Notes: generated from the sequence alone by a model not told the origin. DNA of 64,000 nucleotides from an uncultured Clostridia bacterium (GCA_947628005.1 CANQYI010000003.1:134077-198076), one strand, 5' to 3'; shown: positions 46,731-57,576, counted from the first letter of the stretch. A program made the numbers and translations.

Positions 46731-48218
46731 CTACCCTTTCTTTGTAATTTTCATCACTTTCTCTGCTGGTGATATAGCTTTTTTATTACCAGTACGAGCT
46801 GTATTTGATTTTACTTTAGCTTTAGCTCTTTTCATCTTTTTAGTTTTATCTGATTTATTTTTCAATTTTGAAATTACATACTTGAAATTTTCTTTAAACA
46901 TAAGAATTTTTGCTTGTTTATTATGCTTTTTCTTAATTTTTACTATATTTAAATCACCAATTTTCTTAGATTTAGCAATTTTTAATATAATATCTGCAAT
47001 TTTATCACTATCATGAATAATAGCTCCTGGAGCAGTTAAAACAAGATCTCCCTTTACTACAGATATAGCTCTATTTTGAATATTCTCCAAATCTATCTTT
47101 ACTGGAGTTGAAGCTTCTTGATTAAAATCTTTTATCATTTCCTCTGTAATCTCGCCACTATTTACAATTGCATAATCTAGCACGTGTTTTCCTATATATC
47201 TTTCTATTTCATTTATGTACATTGCTAAAGTATAGCCATCTGTCTCTCCCGGTTGATTCATAATGTTAGATATATATACTTTTTTTGCTCTTGATTTTAT
47301 AATTGCTTTTGATACCTCTTCAAGCAATAAATTAGAACATATAGAAGTATACAAAGAACCTGGTCCCAATATAATAACATTTGCTGTTTTTATTGCGTCA
47401 ATTACTTCTGGGTATGTCTTTATATTTCCTTCTTTTAAAAATATTTGTTTTATTCTGCTCTTATCTTCTTTTGTCCTTAATGTTATATTTTCTTTACCTA
47501 CTACTACATCACCATTATCAAGGCCTGCGCAAAGTACTAATTCATCTGTAGTAACAGGATATATTTTCCCTTGCATATTAAAAATCTCTGATAATTTATA
47601 TGTAGCTTTTGCAAAACTTCCAGTAATATTTATTAAACCTGATATAATATGATTTCCTAGTGAATGATTTTTGCCAGTAAGTGAAGCAGATTCATAAGTA
47701 AGAAGTTTAGACATATCAGTTTCAGAAGTAGATAATGCAGCCACACATTTTCTAATATCACCTGGTGTTAATCTTTCTTCATCACTCATAATACTAGTAA
47801 GTGTTAAATCATCATCAGATACATTAACAATTGCTGTTATATTTGCTGTGTACTCTTTAAGTCCTTTTAAAAGATTTGGAAGTCCACTTCCGCCTCCTAT
47901 AACAACAACTTTAGGTCCTTTTCTTAGTCTAGGATCTTGATACAATAATTTTCTAACTTTTATACTTTTGTTTTTTCTTGCTATATTTTTAAGAGATATA
48001 TAAAGTATATTTCTCTGTGCAAATACGAAAGAAAAAATTATACAAAATGCAGATATTGTAAGTAATATAATGTATGCTATTAATCTTGTTTTAGATATAT
48101 CTAATGTAGACTTTAAGCTGATAAATCCAAATATAAATGCTGCAATAGATACAACTTGTAAAAATATATATCTTTTTACTCTTGCACCTGGTTTAAACCA
48201 CTCCAATAATGTTCTCAT
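46731..48218 (-). CDS. YvcK/CofD-family gluconeogenesis factor-like protein with N-terminal TM segments and Lys-rich C-terminal tail
   Basis: VVVIGGGSGLPNLLKGLK glycine loop and overall UPF0052 layout. Overlaps murB by 4 nt. Confidence 0.7.
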   Translation of the reverse strand: MRTLLEWFKPGARVKRYIFLQVVSIAAFIFGFISLKSTLDISKTRLIAYIILLTISAFCIIFSFVFAQRNILYISLKNIARKNKSIKVRKLLYQDPRLRKGPKVVVIGGGSGLPNLLKGLKEYTANITAIVNVSDDDLTLTSIMSDEERLTPGDIRKCVAALSTSETDMSKLLTYESASLTGKNHSLGNHIISGLINITGSFAKATYKLSEIFNMQGKIYPVTTDELVLCAGLDNGDVVVGKENITLRTKEDKSRIKQIFLKEGNIKTYPEVIDAIKTANVIILGPGSLYTSICSNLLLEEVSKAIIKSRAKKVYISNIMNQPGETDGYTLAMYINEIERYIGKHVLDYAIVNSGEITEEMIKDFNQEASTPVKIDLENIQNRAISVVKGDLVLTAPGAIIHDSDKIADIILKIAKSKKIGDLNIVKIKKKHNKQAKILMFKENFKYVISKLKNKSDKTKKMKRAKAKVKSNTARTGNKKAISPAEKVMKITKKG

Positions 48219-49138
48219 TTTTTATTTCCTCCAATAAATTCAACTTCTGTTTCCAATTTAACTGAGAATTTTTCGTAAACAGTATCTTGTATAAACTTTA
48301 TAAGATTCTTTATGTCACTACATGTTGCATTTCCTATATTTACAATAAATCCTGTATGCTTTGTTGATACTTGAGCACCACCTATAGTTTTTCCCCTAAG
48401 ACCTGCATCTTGAACTAATTTTCCTACGAAATAACCTTCAGGTCTTTTAAATATACTACCAGAATTTGGATAATCTAAAGGTTGTTTATTTATTCTAGCC
48501 TCTCTAAATTCTTTCATCTTATTCTCTATATTTTCTATTTTATCTTCAGTTAATTTAAATTCTACTTCAAGTATTACAAAATTTTTATTATCTCTAAATA
48601 TGCTATGCCTATATGAAAAGTCACAATCTTTATTATAAATTTCTTTTATGTTTAATTCATCATCTAAATAAGTAACTTTATTTATAATATTCGCCATTTC
48701 TGAGCCATATGCCCCTGCATTCATTTTAGTCCCGCCACCTATTGTTCCAGGGATTCCACAAGCAAATTCAAAACCTGAAAGGCAATTATTCTTAGCTGTT
48801 TGTGATACAAGTGGCATTGATGCTCCAGCAAGAGCTTTAATAAAGTTACCGTTAACACTAATATCAGAAAATTTATTACTAATTTTTATAACAAGCCCAT
48901 CAATTCCTGAATCATCTACAATAATATTACTTCCATTACCTATAACATAAGTTAAAATATCATTATCTTTACTATATTTTAAAATAGATTTAATTTGTTC
49001 AATATTTGTTGGGACTACAAGACACTTGGCCGGGCCACCAACTTTCATAGTGGTATGTTTTTTCATAGATTCATTATAATATATAATATCTTTAGGCAGT
49101 ATTTTTTCTAACCCTTTATAAATTTCCAAAATAATCAC
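48215..49138 (-). CDS. murB: UDP-N-acetylenolpyruvoylglucosamine reductase
   Basis: FAD-binding PCMH domain (MKVGGPAK...VIGNGSN) and MurB C-terminal domain with catalytic S/E (GSIFKRP). Confidence 0.9.
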   Translation of the reverse strand: MIILEIYKGLEKILPKDIIYYNESMKKHTTMKVGGPAKCLVVPTNIEQIKSILKYSKDNDILTYVIGNGSNIIVDDSGIDGLVIKISNKFSDISVNGNFIKALAGASMPLVSQTAKNNCLSGFEFACGIPGTIGGGTKMNAGAYGSEMANIINKVTYLDDELNIKEIYNKDCDFSYRHSIFRDNKNFVILEVEFKLTEDKIENIENKMKEFREARINKQPLDYPNSGSIFKRPEGYFVGKLVQDAGLRGKTIGGAQVSTKHTGFIVNIGNATCSDIKNLIKFIQDTVYEKFSVKLETEVEFIGGNKK

Positions 49139-49164
49139 ATCCTCAATTTATTATATGTCCATGC

Positions 49165-50067
49165 CTATATTATTGCCTCTACAAACTCTTTTGCATCAAA
49201 AATTTCTATATCATCTATTCCTTCACCAGTTCCAACATATTTTATTGGAATGTTCATATTTTCAACTATATTAAATACTACTCCACCTTTAGCAGTAGAA
49301 TCTAATTTAGTTAATATAATTGAATCAACATTTGCTTTTTCAAAGAAGCTCTTTACTTGTGACATACCATTTTGTCCTGTTGTAGCATCTAAAACTATTA
49401 CAGTTTCTTTTTCTACATCTGGTAAATTTTTATCTAGTATTTTTTTCATCTTCTGCAATTCATCCATAAGATTTTTATTATTATGCAATCTTCCAGCTGT
49501 ATCACAAATTAATACATCATAATCTTCTGCTAAAAATTGTTTAGTTGCATCATATATTACAGATGATGGATCTTGCATATTTTTTCCAACACAAATTTTT
49601 GTATTACTCCTTTTAGCCCAAATTTCTAATTGTTCTACAGCTCCAGCTCTAAAAGTATCAGCAGCAGCAAGCAACACTCTCTTAGAATTTTTCTGATATA
49701 AATTAGCTAACTTTCCAATAGAAGTAGTTTTTCCTACACCATTGACACCAACTACTAATATTACTTTCTTTTTACTGAATTCATCTTGATTTGTATTAGT
49801 AGAATTTAGTGTCAAAATTTTTTCCATTTCTTGTTTTAATAATTCTCTTATAGAATCTGCATCTTTTTCAACTTGTAATTTTAATTTTTCTCTTAGATTT
49901 TCACATATTTTTGCACTTGTATCTGCTCCAACATCTGATAATATTAAAGTTTCTTCTAATTCTTCAATTATTTCATCTATATCTTTTTTATTTGCAAATA
50001 CGTTACTTAATTTTATATCAATTGCACTCTTAGTTTTTGTAAGTTTTTCTTTTAACTTAGAGAACAT
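49165..50067 (-). CDS. ftsY: signal recognition particle receptor FtsY
   Basis: SRP54-type NG domain: VVGVNGVGKTTSIGKLA (G1), DTAGR (G3), TKLD (G4). ATG at 50067 with GGAGG RBS. Confidence 0.9.
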   Translation of the reverse strand: MFSKLKEKLTKTKSAIDIKLSNVFANKKDIDEIIEELEETLILSDVGADTSAKICENLREKLKLQVEKDADSIRELLKQEMEKILTLNSTNTNQDEFSKKKVILVVGVNGVGKTTSIGKLANLYQKNSKRVLLAAADTFRAGAVEQLEIWAKRSNTKICVGKNMQDPSSVIYDATKQFLAEDYDVLICDTAGRLHNNKNLMDELQKMKKILDKNLPDVEKETVIVLDATTGQNGMSQVKSFFEKANVDSIILTKLDSTAKGGVVFNIVENMNIPIKYVGTGEGIDDIEIFDAKEFVEAII

Positions 50068-50236
50068 AAATACCTCCATTTTAAAGAATTTATAAGTTTA
50101 TTTCAAACCTGTTACAATTATATCATATTTTGTTTTTTTTTCAACACAAACTGTTAAAGTTTAGCAAGTTTTAGATATTTATTTTTTCACATTAAAAATA
50201 TCAAATTCATACTATATCTTAGGATGGTGAAAATAT

Positions 50237-51238
50237 ATGAATATTGTCGTTCAAAAATATGGTGGAAGTTCTGTAGACTCCAAAGAAAAATTAGAAAAAA
50301 TCTGTGATAGAATAATTGAATATAAACAAAAAGGTTATAAAGTTGTTATAGTTGTATCTGCACAAGGTAAAACTACTGATAACTTACTAAATAAAGCTTA
50401 CGAATATTCATCTAATCCTAGTAAAAGAGAACTTGATCTTTTGCTTTCAACAGGGGAATTACAAACTGTTTCATTGCTTACTATGATGTTAAACGATAAA
50501 GGTCATTTGGCTGTTGGGCTTACTGGTGAGCAAGCAGGTATTATATCTACTTCCACGTATGGTGAAGCTAGAATAAAACAAATTTGTGAACAAAATATTT
50601 TAAACTATTTAAAAGAAGATAATATAGTAGTTGTTGCCGGATTTCAAGCCGTAGACAGATTTGGAAATATAACAACTCTTGGAAGAGGTGGCAGTGATTT
50701 AAGTGCTGTTGCTATAGCTTCCTCAATACATGCGGACAAATGCGAAATATATAGTGATATAGATGGTATATTTACTGCCGATCCAAAAATAATAACTAAA
50801 GCAAAATTAATCAAAAAAATTAGTTATGACGAGATGTTAGAAGCTTCATCTTCTGGTGCAAAAGTAATGCATAATAGATCCATTTTAGTTGGTAAAAAAT
50901 ATAAAATGCCAATTAAAGTAAAAAACTCACTAACCAGATTTAGAGGCAGTATTATAAAAGAAAAATCTAATCAAAATGAAGTTTGTGATTACATAGAGAA
51001 AAGTAAAGTAAAACTTATTACAAAACGTGATAATGTAACAGAAATTAGCATTATTGGTGAAATGATAATGTCTAATAAACAAGTTATACATTCAATATAT
51101 AAAATTGCATATAAAGAAAATGTGCAAATATATATGATAACATTTAGTGAACTAGCAATACATATATTAGTAGATTCAAAAAATGCAGAAAGCTTCATGA
51201 AATTAGTACATAATGAATTAATAGAAAAAACTAAATAA
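50237..51238 (+). CDS. aspartate kinase (short, lysC-type)
   Basis: N-terminal VQKYGGSSV amino-acid-kinase motif and C-terminal ACT-like region. 333 aa. Confidence 0.7.
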   Translation: MNIVVQKYGGSSVDSKEKLEKICDRIIEYKQKGYKVVIVVSAQGKTTDNLLNKAYEYSSNPSKRELDLLLSTGELQTVSLLTMMLNDKGHLAVGLTGEQAGIISTSTYGEARIKQICEQNILNYLKEDNIVVVAGFQAVDRFGNITTLGRGGSDLSAVAIASSIHADKCEIYSDIDGIFTADPKIITKAKLIKKISYDEMLEASSSGAKVMHNRSILVGKKYKMPIKVKNSLTRFRGSIIKEKSNQNEVCDYIEKSKVKLITKRDNVTEISIIGEMIMSNKQVIHSIYKIAYKENVQIYMITFSELAIHILVDSKNAESFMKLVHNELIEKTK

Positions 51239-51330
51239 TTTATGTAAACCTATTTACTTTTTTTGCTAAATATGTTATAATATATTCAGTTGATTATTTG
51301 TCAACAATATAATTATTGGAGGACGTAAAC

Positions 51331-51588
51331 ATGTTTTTTACCAAGGAAAATTTTGTCGATTTTCTAAATAAGATGGAAATGGACAATCAAATTGAAGAAA
51401 GGGTAAACGTAAGAGGAAACTCTATATACCCCTCTTCCAATCCAAAAGAAAGGAAGAGAGTTGAACGCAAAAAGGCTGCAAGAAAAAGAAGCCAGCGGAA
51501 TGTGCCTAAGTATAACAGAAAAAGGCTCTCAGCTGATGGAAAGCATCCACACTGGAAGCTTTCCGGTAGAAAGTATTTAGCTTCTTAA
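51331..51588 (+). CDS. small highly basic hypothetical protein (85 aa)
   Basis: ATG at 51331 8 nt after GGAGG. K/R-rich C-terminal half. Followed by a strong bidirectional terminator. Local GC is higher than the flanks. Confidence 0.45.
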   Translation: MFFTKENFVDFLNKMEMDNQIEERVNVRGNSIYPSSNPKERKRVERKKAARKRSQRNVPKYNRKRLSADGKHPHWKLSGRKYLAS

Positions 51589-51596
51589 TATAAAAC

Positions 51597-51640
51597 TTCC
51601 CAAAGAAAATATCTTTGGGAAGTCTTTTTATTTTTTATCA
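51597..51640. terminator. bidirectional intrinsic terminator
   Basis: cttcccaaaga-N5-tctttgggaag stem then T-run. Lies between convergent genes. Confidence 0.6.
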
Positions 51641-52761
51641 TCTGTAATATTAGTTGTTTTTACTTGTTCTTTATCAATTTGTTCAACAAAATCTGAACTA
51701 TATTTATATTTTAAATATATTTTTATTAATGCTATTACTGGGACAGCAATTATCATTCCTACAATTCCAAATAACAAATCAAATATAATTAAACCTGACA
51801 ATACTACTACTGGATGTAAATCCACTGATTTAGCAACGATTTTAGGTTGCAATATATTTGCATCTATAAGTTGAACTCCTAAAAGGCATGCAAAAGTTAT
51901 AATTGCAAATATAGGTCCTTCGACAGTTAAGGCATATATAGCTATTATTAATTCTGATAATAGTGCTCCAATATATGGAATAAAATTTAAAACAAATATC
52001 AAAATACCAAATATAACTGCATAATCGATTCCAAGTACAAGGCAAACAATTGTAGTAAGAACACCAACAACAAAACTATCAATAACCATTCCTTTTATGT
52101 AAGATGTAACTGTTTGGTCCATTTCATTTATCATTCTATATTTAACTTTTCCTTTATCATTTTTAGAAAAGAATGTTATTATTCCAGATTTAAATTTATC
52201 TATATCTTGAACCATAAAGAATGATATTACTATAACTGTAAATATACTTACTATTATGTTTTTTAGACTTAAAACTGTATTTATTGAATAGTTCAAAATG
52301 TTATCCATATTATTTTTAAATATGTCTAAATTTTTTATATTCTCAGTTATATTTATTTCCTGTTCTAATCCAAACTTATTAACTGCTATATCATTAATTT
52401 TTGTTATGGCCTTATCATATAAGTCAGGCAGTTCTTTTACCAAATTTGTTAACTGTTCTACAAATATTGGAATTACTAAAGAAAATACAGCAATAATAAA
52501 TCCAAATACTATTATAAGCGAAATAATAGCGGCAATTTTTTTGTTAATTCCTAATTTTCTTAATCTTCTTACTAGTGGCATAGTAATCCAACATATAAAT
52601 ATACCTATATATACTGGAACTAAAGCTACTACAGCCTCATATATTTTATCAGTAAGTCCAATTGATTTAAGAAAAAAGAATATACCTATAATAGCTCCAA
52701 CATACATTATCTTATTCAAAAATCTAAAATCAAATTCTTGTTTTTTTGCAGTCATAATCAA
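51628..52761 (-). CDS. AI-2E family transporter (PerM/UPF0118)
   Basis: About 8 TM helices with the characteristic central cytoplasmic loop and conserved C-terminal TM block of the AI-2E family. Confidence 0.75.
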   Translation of the reverse strand: MIMTAKKQEFDFRFLNKIMYVGAIIGIFFFLKSIGLTDKIYEAVVALVPVYIGIFICWITMPLVRRLRKLGINKKIAAIISLIIVFGFIIAVFSLVIPIFVEQLTNLVKELPDLYDKAITKINDIAVNKFGLEQEINITENIKNLDIFKNNMDNILNYSINTVLSLKNIIVSIFTVIVISFFMVQDIDKFKSGIITFFSKNDKGKVKYRMINEMDQTVTSYIKGMVIDSFVVGVLTTIVCLVLGIDYAVIFGILIFVLNFIPYIGALLSELIIAIYALTVEGPIFAIITFACLLGVQLIDANILQPKIVAKSVDLHPVVVLSGLIIFDLLFGIVGMIIAVPVIALIKIYLKYKYSSDFVEQIDKEQVKTTNITDDKK

Positions 52762-52833
52762 CCTCCAAGTTTTAAATAATTATATTCTATCTATAAAAAA
52801 TTGTCAAGGAATAAAAGAACTTAAAACTTATTT

Positions 52834-54837
52834 TTAAATAGTTTGCTCACTAAACTGACTGTTATATAATTTAGCATAAAAGCCATTTTTATTTAATAAA
52901 CTTTCGTGAGTACCTCTTTCAACTATTTTTCCATGTTGCATTACAAGTATAATATCTGCATTTTTAATTGTAGAAAGTCTATGTGCAATTACAAAGCTTG
53001 TTCTACCTTCCATAAGTTTGTTCATTGCTTTTTGAATTAATTCTTCTGTTCTAGTATCAACGTTACTTGTAGCTTCATCAAGTATTAAAATTGGTGAATC
53101 AGCAAGTATAGCTCTTGCTATTGTTAATAATTGTTTTTGCCCACTTGATATATTAGATGCTTCTTCATTAAGTTCAAATTCATATCCTCCTGGTAATGCA
53201 CGTATAAAATGATCAGCATAAGCAAGTTTTGCTGCCATTTCTACTTCTTCATCAGTTGCATCCTGTCTTGCATATCTTAAATTTTCTCTTATAGTGCCAT
53301 TAAACAACCATGTGTCTTGTAAAACCATAGCAAACATCTGGCGCAAATCTTTTCTTGTCATGTCTTTTGTTGATACACCGTCTATTTTTATATCTCCCTT
53401 ATCTATCTCATAAAATCTCATAAGTAAATTAACTATTGTTGTTTTTCCAGCACCTGTTGGACCAACTATTGCAACCATTTGTCCAGGTTCAACTTTTAGT
53501 GACCAATCTTTTATTAATTCCTCATCTTTTTCATAATTAAAGCATATATTATCACATTCTACCTTACCTAAAACATTATTAATTTTTACTGGATTATCTG
53601 TTTCTTTTACTTCTTCTTCCTCATCCAATATTTCAAATACTCTTTCAGCAGAGGCAACAGTTCCTTGTATCATATTTAACATATTAGCAGTCTGTGATAT
53701 TGGTTCAGTAAATTGTCTTGTATATTGTAAAAATGCTTGTATATCACCTATTTTCATTCTATTTTCAATAGCAAATTTTGCCCCTAACATACATATTACT
53801 ACATACCCTAAATTATTTATAAGATTAACTATTGGCATCATTAGTCCTGATAAAAATTGTGCCTTCCATCCTACTGTATACAACTCTTTATTTTTCTCAT
53901 CAAATTTTTCAGTTTCAACTTTTTGCATATTAAATGCTTTTACTATTAAATCCCCAGAATATGTTTCTTCAATATGAGAATTTAACTCTCCTAATACCCT
54001 TTGTTGCCCAATAAAATATTTTTGAGATAATTTTACTATACATGCTACTAACATTAAAGTAACTGGGATTATTAAAACAGTTACGCCTGACATACTAAAA
54101 CTTATTGTAAGCATCATTATTAATGTACCAAATATTGTAAATATAGATTGTAGTATCTGTATTAAGCTTTGTTGTAGCATTGTACTTATATTATCTATAT
54201 CATTAGTAATACGGCTTAAAATTTCTCCATGAGTGTGCTTATCAAAAAATTTTAATGGCAATTTTCCTAGTTTTTCATCTACATCTTTTCTAAGCTTATA
54301 TGAAACTTTTTGAGAAACATATGTCATAGTTTTATGTGCAATATATGTAAAAATTAAACTTATTATATAAAGAATTGATATTATTATAAGAATTTTTCCT
54401 ATATAATAGAAATTTATTTTTGGTTCTACCGAAAGGCTAACCCTCTTTGCAACATCTGGTATATTTTCTGCCATATCTTGTGATATAAATCCATTATCTA
54501 TTAAAGTTTGTACTGTTGCATCCTGTGGTATCATGTTTTTTGCCACTTCTGGGAGTTTATCAATTGTTTCAGTCACAGTTTTATATACAACTTTTTCTAT
54601 CACATTATTTCCAAGTTCTGTAGTAGCCTTTCCAAGAATTTTAGGCGACAATACAGATAAAACAGTTTCAATAAGTAATACCACAAATACTACTGCAATA
54701 GCTCCTTTATAACCTCCAATATATTTTATTAATCTCTTTAATGAGCCTTTAAAATCTTTTGCTTTGTCAACTGGTCCTCTTGCTCTATGTCTGATGCCTG
54801 CAGGCATAGCAGATTTTTTAGTAGATTTATTTTCCAC
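52834..54837 (-). CDS. ABC transporter permease/ATP-binding protein (exporter half-transporter)
   Basis: 6-TM ABC exporter domain followed by NBD with Walker A GPTGAGKTT, signature LSGGQKQ and Walker B ILILDEATS. Confidence 0.9.
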   Translation of the reverse strand: MENKSTKKSAMPAGIRHRARGPVDKAKDFKGSLKRLIKYIGGYKGAIAVVFVVLLIETVLSVLSPKILGKATTELGNNVIEKVVYKTVTETIDKLPEVAKNMIPQDATVQTLIDNGFISQDMAENIPDVAKRVSLSVEPKINFYYIGKILIIISILYIISLIFTYIAHKTMTYVSQKVSYKLRKDVDEKLGKLPLKFFDKHTHGEILSRITNDIDNISTMLQQSLIQILQSIFTIFGTLIMMLTISFSMSGVTVLIIPVTLMLVACIVKLSQKYFIGQQRVLGELNSHIEETYSGDLIVKAFNMQKVETEKFDEKNKELYTVGWKAQFLSGLMMPIVNLINNLGYVVICMLGAKFAIENRMKIGDIQAFLQYTRQFTEPISQTANMLNMIQGTVASAERVFEILDEEEEVKETDNPVKINNVLGKVECDNICFNYEKDEELIKDWSLKVEPGQMVAIVGPTGAGKTTIVNLLMRFYEIDKGDIKIDGVSTKDMTRKDLRQMFAMVLQDTWLFNGTIRENLRYARQDATDEEVEMAAKLAYADHFIRALPGGYEFELNEEASNISSGQKQLLTIARAILADSPILILDEATSNVDTRTEELIQKAMNKLMEGRTSFVIAHRLSTIKNADIILVMQHGKIVERGTHESLLNKNGFYAKLYNSQFSEQTI

Positions 54838-56572
54838 TCTGCATCGCCTCCTCTTCTGTAATCTGAGATAATACTAATTCTTTGTACTCTTTACAATTAT
54901 TAAATAATTCTTTATGTGTTCCTTGAGCTAGTATTTTCCCATCATCTATAAGCAAAATCTTATCAGCATTCATTACAGTACTTACTCTTTGTGCAACTAT
55001 TACTTTAGTAGCACCCTTAGCATACTTATTTAGTTCTTCTCTTAGAACTCTATCTGTTTTGTAATCTAATGCTGAAAAGCTGTCATCAAAAATATATATA
55101 TCTGGTTTTCTTATTATTGCTCTTGCAATCGCAATTCTTTGCTTTTGACCTCCTGAATAATTTGTTCCACCTTGTGACACTCGTGAATCAAATTTATCTT
55201 CTAACTCAGATATAAATTCATAACTTTGTGATACTTTAGCTGCATCTAATACTTCATCTTCTGTTGCATCCTGCTTTCCATATTTAATATTTTCAGCTAT
55301 AGTTCCAGAAAACAAAACTGATTTTTGTGGTACATAAGCTATCATTTCCCTTAATGTATTTATTTTTATATCTTTAATGTCTTCTCCACCAATTTTTATA
55401 TTTCCAGCAGTTGCTTCATAAAATCTTAGAATAAGATTTACTAATGTAGTTTTTCCACTTCCTGTTCCACCTATAATTGCAAGTGTTTCGCCTTTATTTA
55501 CCTTAAATGTTATATGTTTTAATACTGGTTCATTACTACCATAGTATGAAAATTCAACGTTATCAAATTCAATTTCACCTTTTGCCTTTACATCATCTTT
55601 GTTAGAGATTTTTCCATCGTCTTTTATACTTGGCTCTATTTCTAATACTTCATTTATTCTTTTTACTGAAACAATTGCTCTAGGAATTAAAACAAACATC
55701 ATTGATACCATAAGTACAGAGAATAAGACCTGCATTGCATATTGAATAAATGCCATCATTTCTCCTATTTGTAGTGTTCCTAAATCAATTTGATTTGCTC
55801 CTATCCATACAATAATAACTGAAGAAATATTTATGCAGAAAAATATTAGTGGCATAAGTAAAGCCATTATATAACCTGCTTTTAAAGAAATTTCATATAT
55901 ATTTTTATTTGCCACATCAAATCTTTCTTTTTCATAATCCTGTGTACCAAATGCTCTAATAACCCTTACCCCTGTTAATTTTTCTCTTACTACTTGATTT
56001 AATCTATCTGTTCTCTTTTGAGCTATAGAAAATAAAGGCAATACTTTTTTTGCAAGTAACACTATCAATACAAGTAATATTGGTATTGCTACTGTAAATA
56101 TTATAGATAATTTTTTATTAGTACTAATTGCCATTATCATTCCACCGATACACATCATTGGTGCCATTATCATCATCCTCATTGTCATTAATACTAGATG
56201 TTGTATCTGTGTAACGTCGTTAGTTGTACGAGTAATAAGCGAAGATGTTGGAATTTTATTAAACTCATTTAATGAAAATTCTTCTACTTTTTCATATATA
56301 GAATGTCTTGCTTTTTTAGCAAATCCAGCAGATACTCTTGATGCTATAAATGTAGCACAAACTGCACATAGAGCTGATATACTACTTACAATTAACATCT
56401 TTTTACCATAATTTAATACTTGTTCTATACTTTGACCAACTATTCCATTATCAACAATATCAGACATATAATCTGGCAATTTTAAATTTAAATAAGATTG
56501 AACGAATGAAAAAGCCATTGCAACTATTATAAAAAAAGTATATGGCTTTAAAAATTTAAGTACTCTTTTCAT
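54827..56572 (-). CDS. ABC transporter permease/ATP-binding protein (partner half-transporter)
   Basis: TMD plus NBD with GGTGSGKTT, YSGGQKQR and IYIFDDSFSALD. Start at the ATG at 56572 after AAGGAGA. Overlaps the partner by 11 nt. Confidence 0.9.
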   Translation of the reverse strand: MKRVLKFLKPYTFFIIVAMAFSFVQSYLNLKLPDYMSDIVDNGIVGQSIEQVLNYGKKMLIVSSISALCAVCATFIASRVSAGFAKKARHSIYEKVEEFSLNEFNKIPTSSLITRTTNDVTQIQHLVLMTMRMMIMAPMMCIGGMIMAISTNKKLSIIFTVAIPILLVLIVLLAKKVLPLFSIAQKRTDRLNQVVREKLTGVRVIRAFGTQDYEKERFDVANKNIYEISLKAGYIMALLMPLIFFCINISSVIIVWIGANQIDLGTLQIGEMMAFIQYAMQVLFSVLMVSMMFVLIPRAIVSVKRINEVLEIEPSIKDDGKISNKDDVKAKGEIEFDNVEFSYYGSNEPVLKHITFKVNKGETLAIIGGTGSGKTTLVNLILRFYEATAGNIKIGGEDIKDIKINTLREMIAYVPQKSVLFSGTIAENIKYGKQDATEDEVLDAAKVSQSYEFISELEDKFDSRVSQGGTNYSGGQKQRIAIARAIIRKPDIYIFDDSFSALDYKTDRVLREELNKYAKGATKVIVAQRVSTVMNADKILLIDDGKILAQGTHKELFNNCKEYKELVLSQITEEEAMQSGK

Positions 56573-56673
56573 AATTCTCCTTTCTATTAAATTAGATTTT
56601 AACCGGTACATTTTATCATACAAATATATTAAAGTAAAGTAATTTTTATGATGATTTTGTGAAATATTAAATA

Positions 56674-57531
56674 CTAGATTATATCATTTATATCACTTTT
56701 AGATAATATGGTATTTGCTCCAAGTTTTATTAGATAGTTAGAAAAATAGCAATTACTACTCATTATATCACCTGGTACTACGAATATTTCCTTGCCACAT
56801 TCTAGTACAAAATCTATAAACTTTACATTTTTTTCTTCATATCTTGCTTCTAGAACTATCAATTTATTTAATATACTACTTGCAAGTATCTTACTTAAAT
56901 TTTCATTTTTAATATTAAAATTATACGGGCAAAATAATATAAGTTTATCTGTTAAATCTATGTTATTTATATATTCTAAAGTATATTTATCAATCTTAAA
57001 ATTTAATATGCATATTTCATTCTCACGCATTAATTCTATATCTTCTAGCTTTTCTATAATTTTAATCTGCACTTTAAATTTTTCCATTATTTTTTTATTT
57101 ATATACCCTTCAATATTATTTGAATATTCACTGCTATTAATTTCATTTTTATATATCATAATTTTATCATTTTTAAGCAATAAATCAGTATTTCCTATGG
57201 AAAAAATAACTAATTCATAATTTTTGAAGCAGAAAAAAATATCATTAAATTTATTATTATCATAAGTTAATAAATCTACGCCATATTTTTGAAGTTTATT
57301 ATAAAAATTCTCACACTTTTCTTTTAAACTTGGATTTGTTAATTTGGAATAAATATTTTCTGAAATAAAAACTTTATTTTCTAATAAATATTGTTTGAAT
57401 AAAAATTTTACTTTTGAAATTTTATATATAGTTTCTAAATTATTAAAGACCTTTAATAATTGTTTAAACATTTCATAATTTACATTGCAAAACATGGATA
57501 ACCATAAATAATATTTTATTATCAATATCAC
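56674..57531 (-). CDS. DprA/Smf-like protein (divergent, Rossmann glycine motifs degenerate)
   Basis: C-terminal region LIVLEARYEEKNVKFIDFVLECGKEIFVVPGDIMS...GANTI is collinear with the DprA C-terminal block (VVEA...GSLITAR.ALEQGREVFAVPGSI). The canonical GxARGID motif is not evident. Start ambiguous. Confidence 0.45.
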   Translation of the reverse strand: MILIIKYYLWLSMFCNVNYEMFKQLLKVFNNLETIYKISKVKFLFKQYLLENKVFISENIYSKLTNPSLKEKCENFYNKLQKYGVDLLTYDNNKFNDIFFCFKNYELVIFSIGNTDLLLKNDKIMIYKNEINSSEYSNNIEGYINKKIMEKFKVQIKIIEKLEDIELMRENEICILNFKIDKYTLEYINNIDLTDKLILFCPYNFNIKNENLSKILASSILNKLIVLEARYEEKNVKFIDFVLECGKEIFVVPGDIMSSNCYFSNYLIKLGANTILSKSDINDII

Positions 57532-57576
57532 CCCTTTTAATAATTTGGATATGCACTAAAAAATAGTACATATCCT

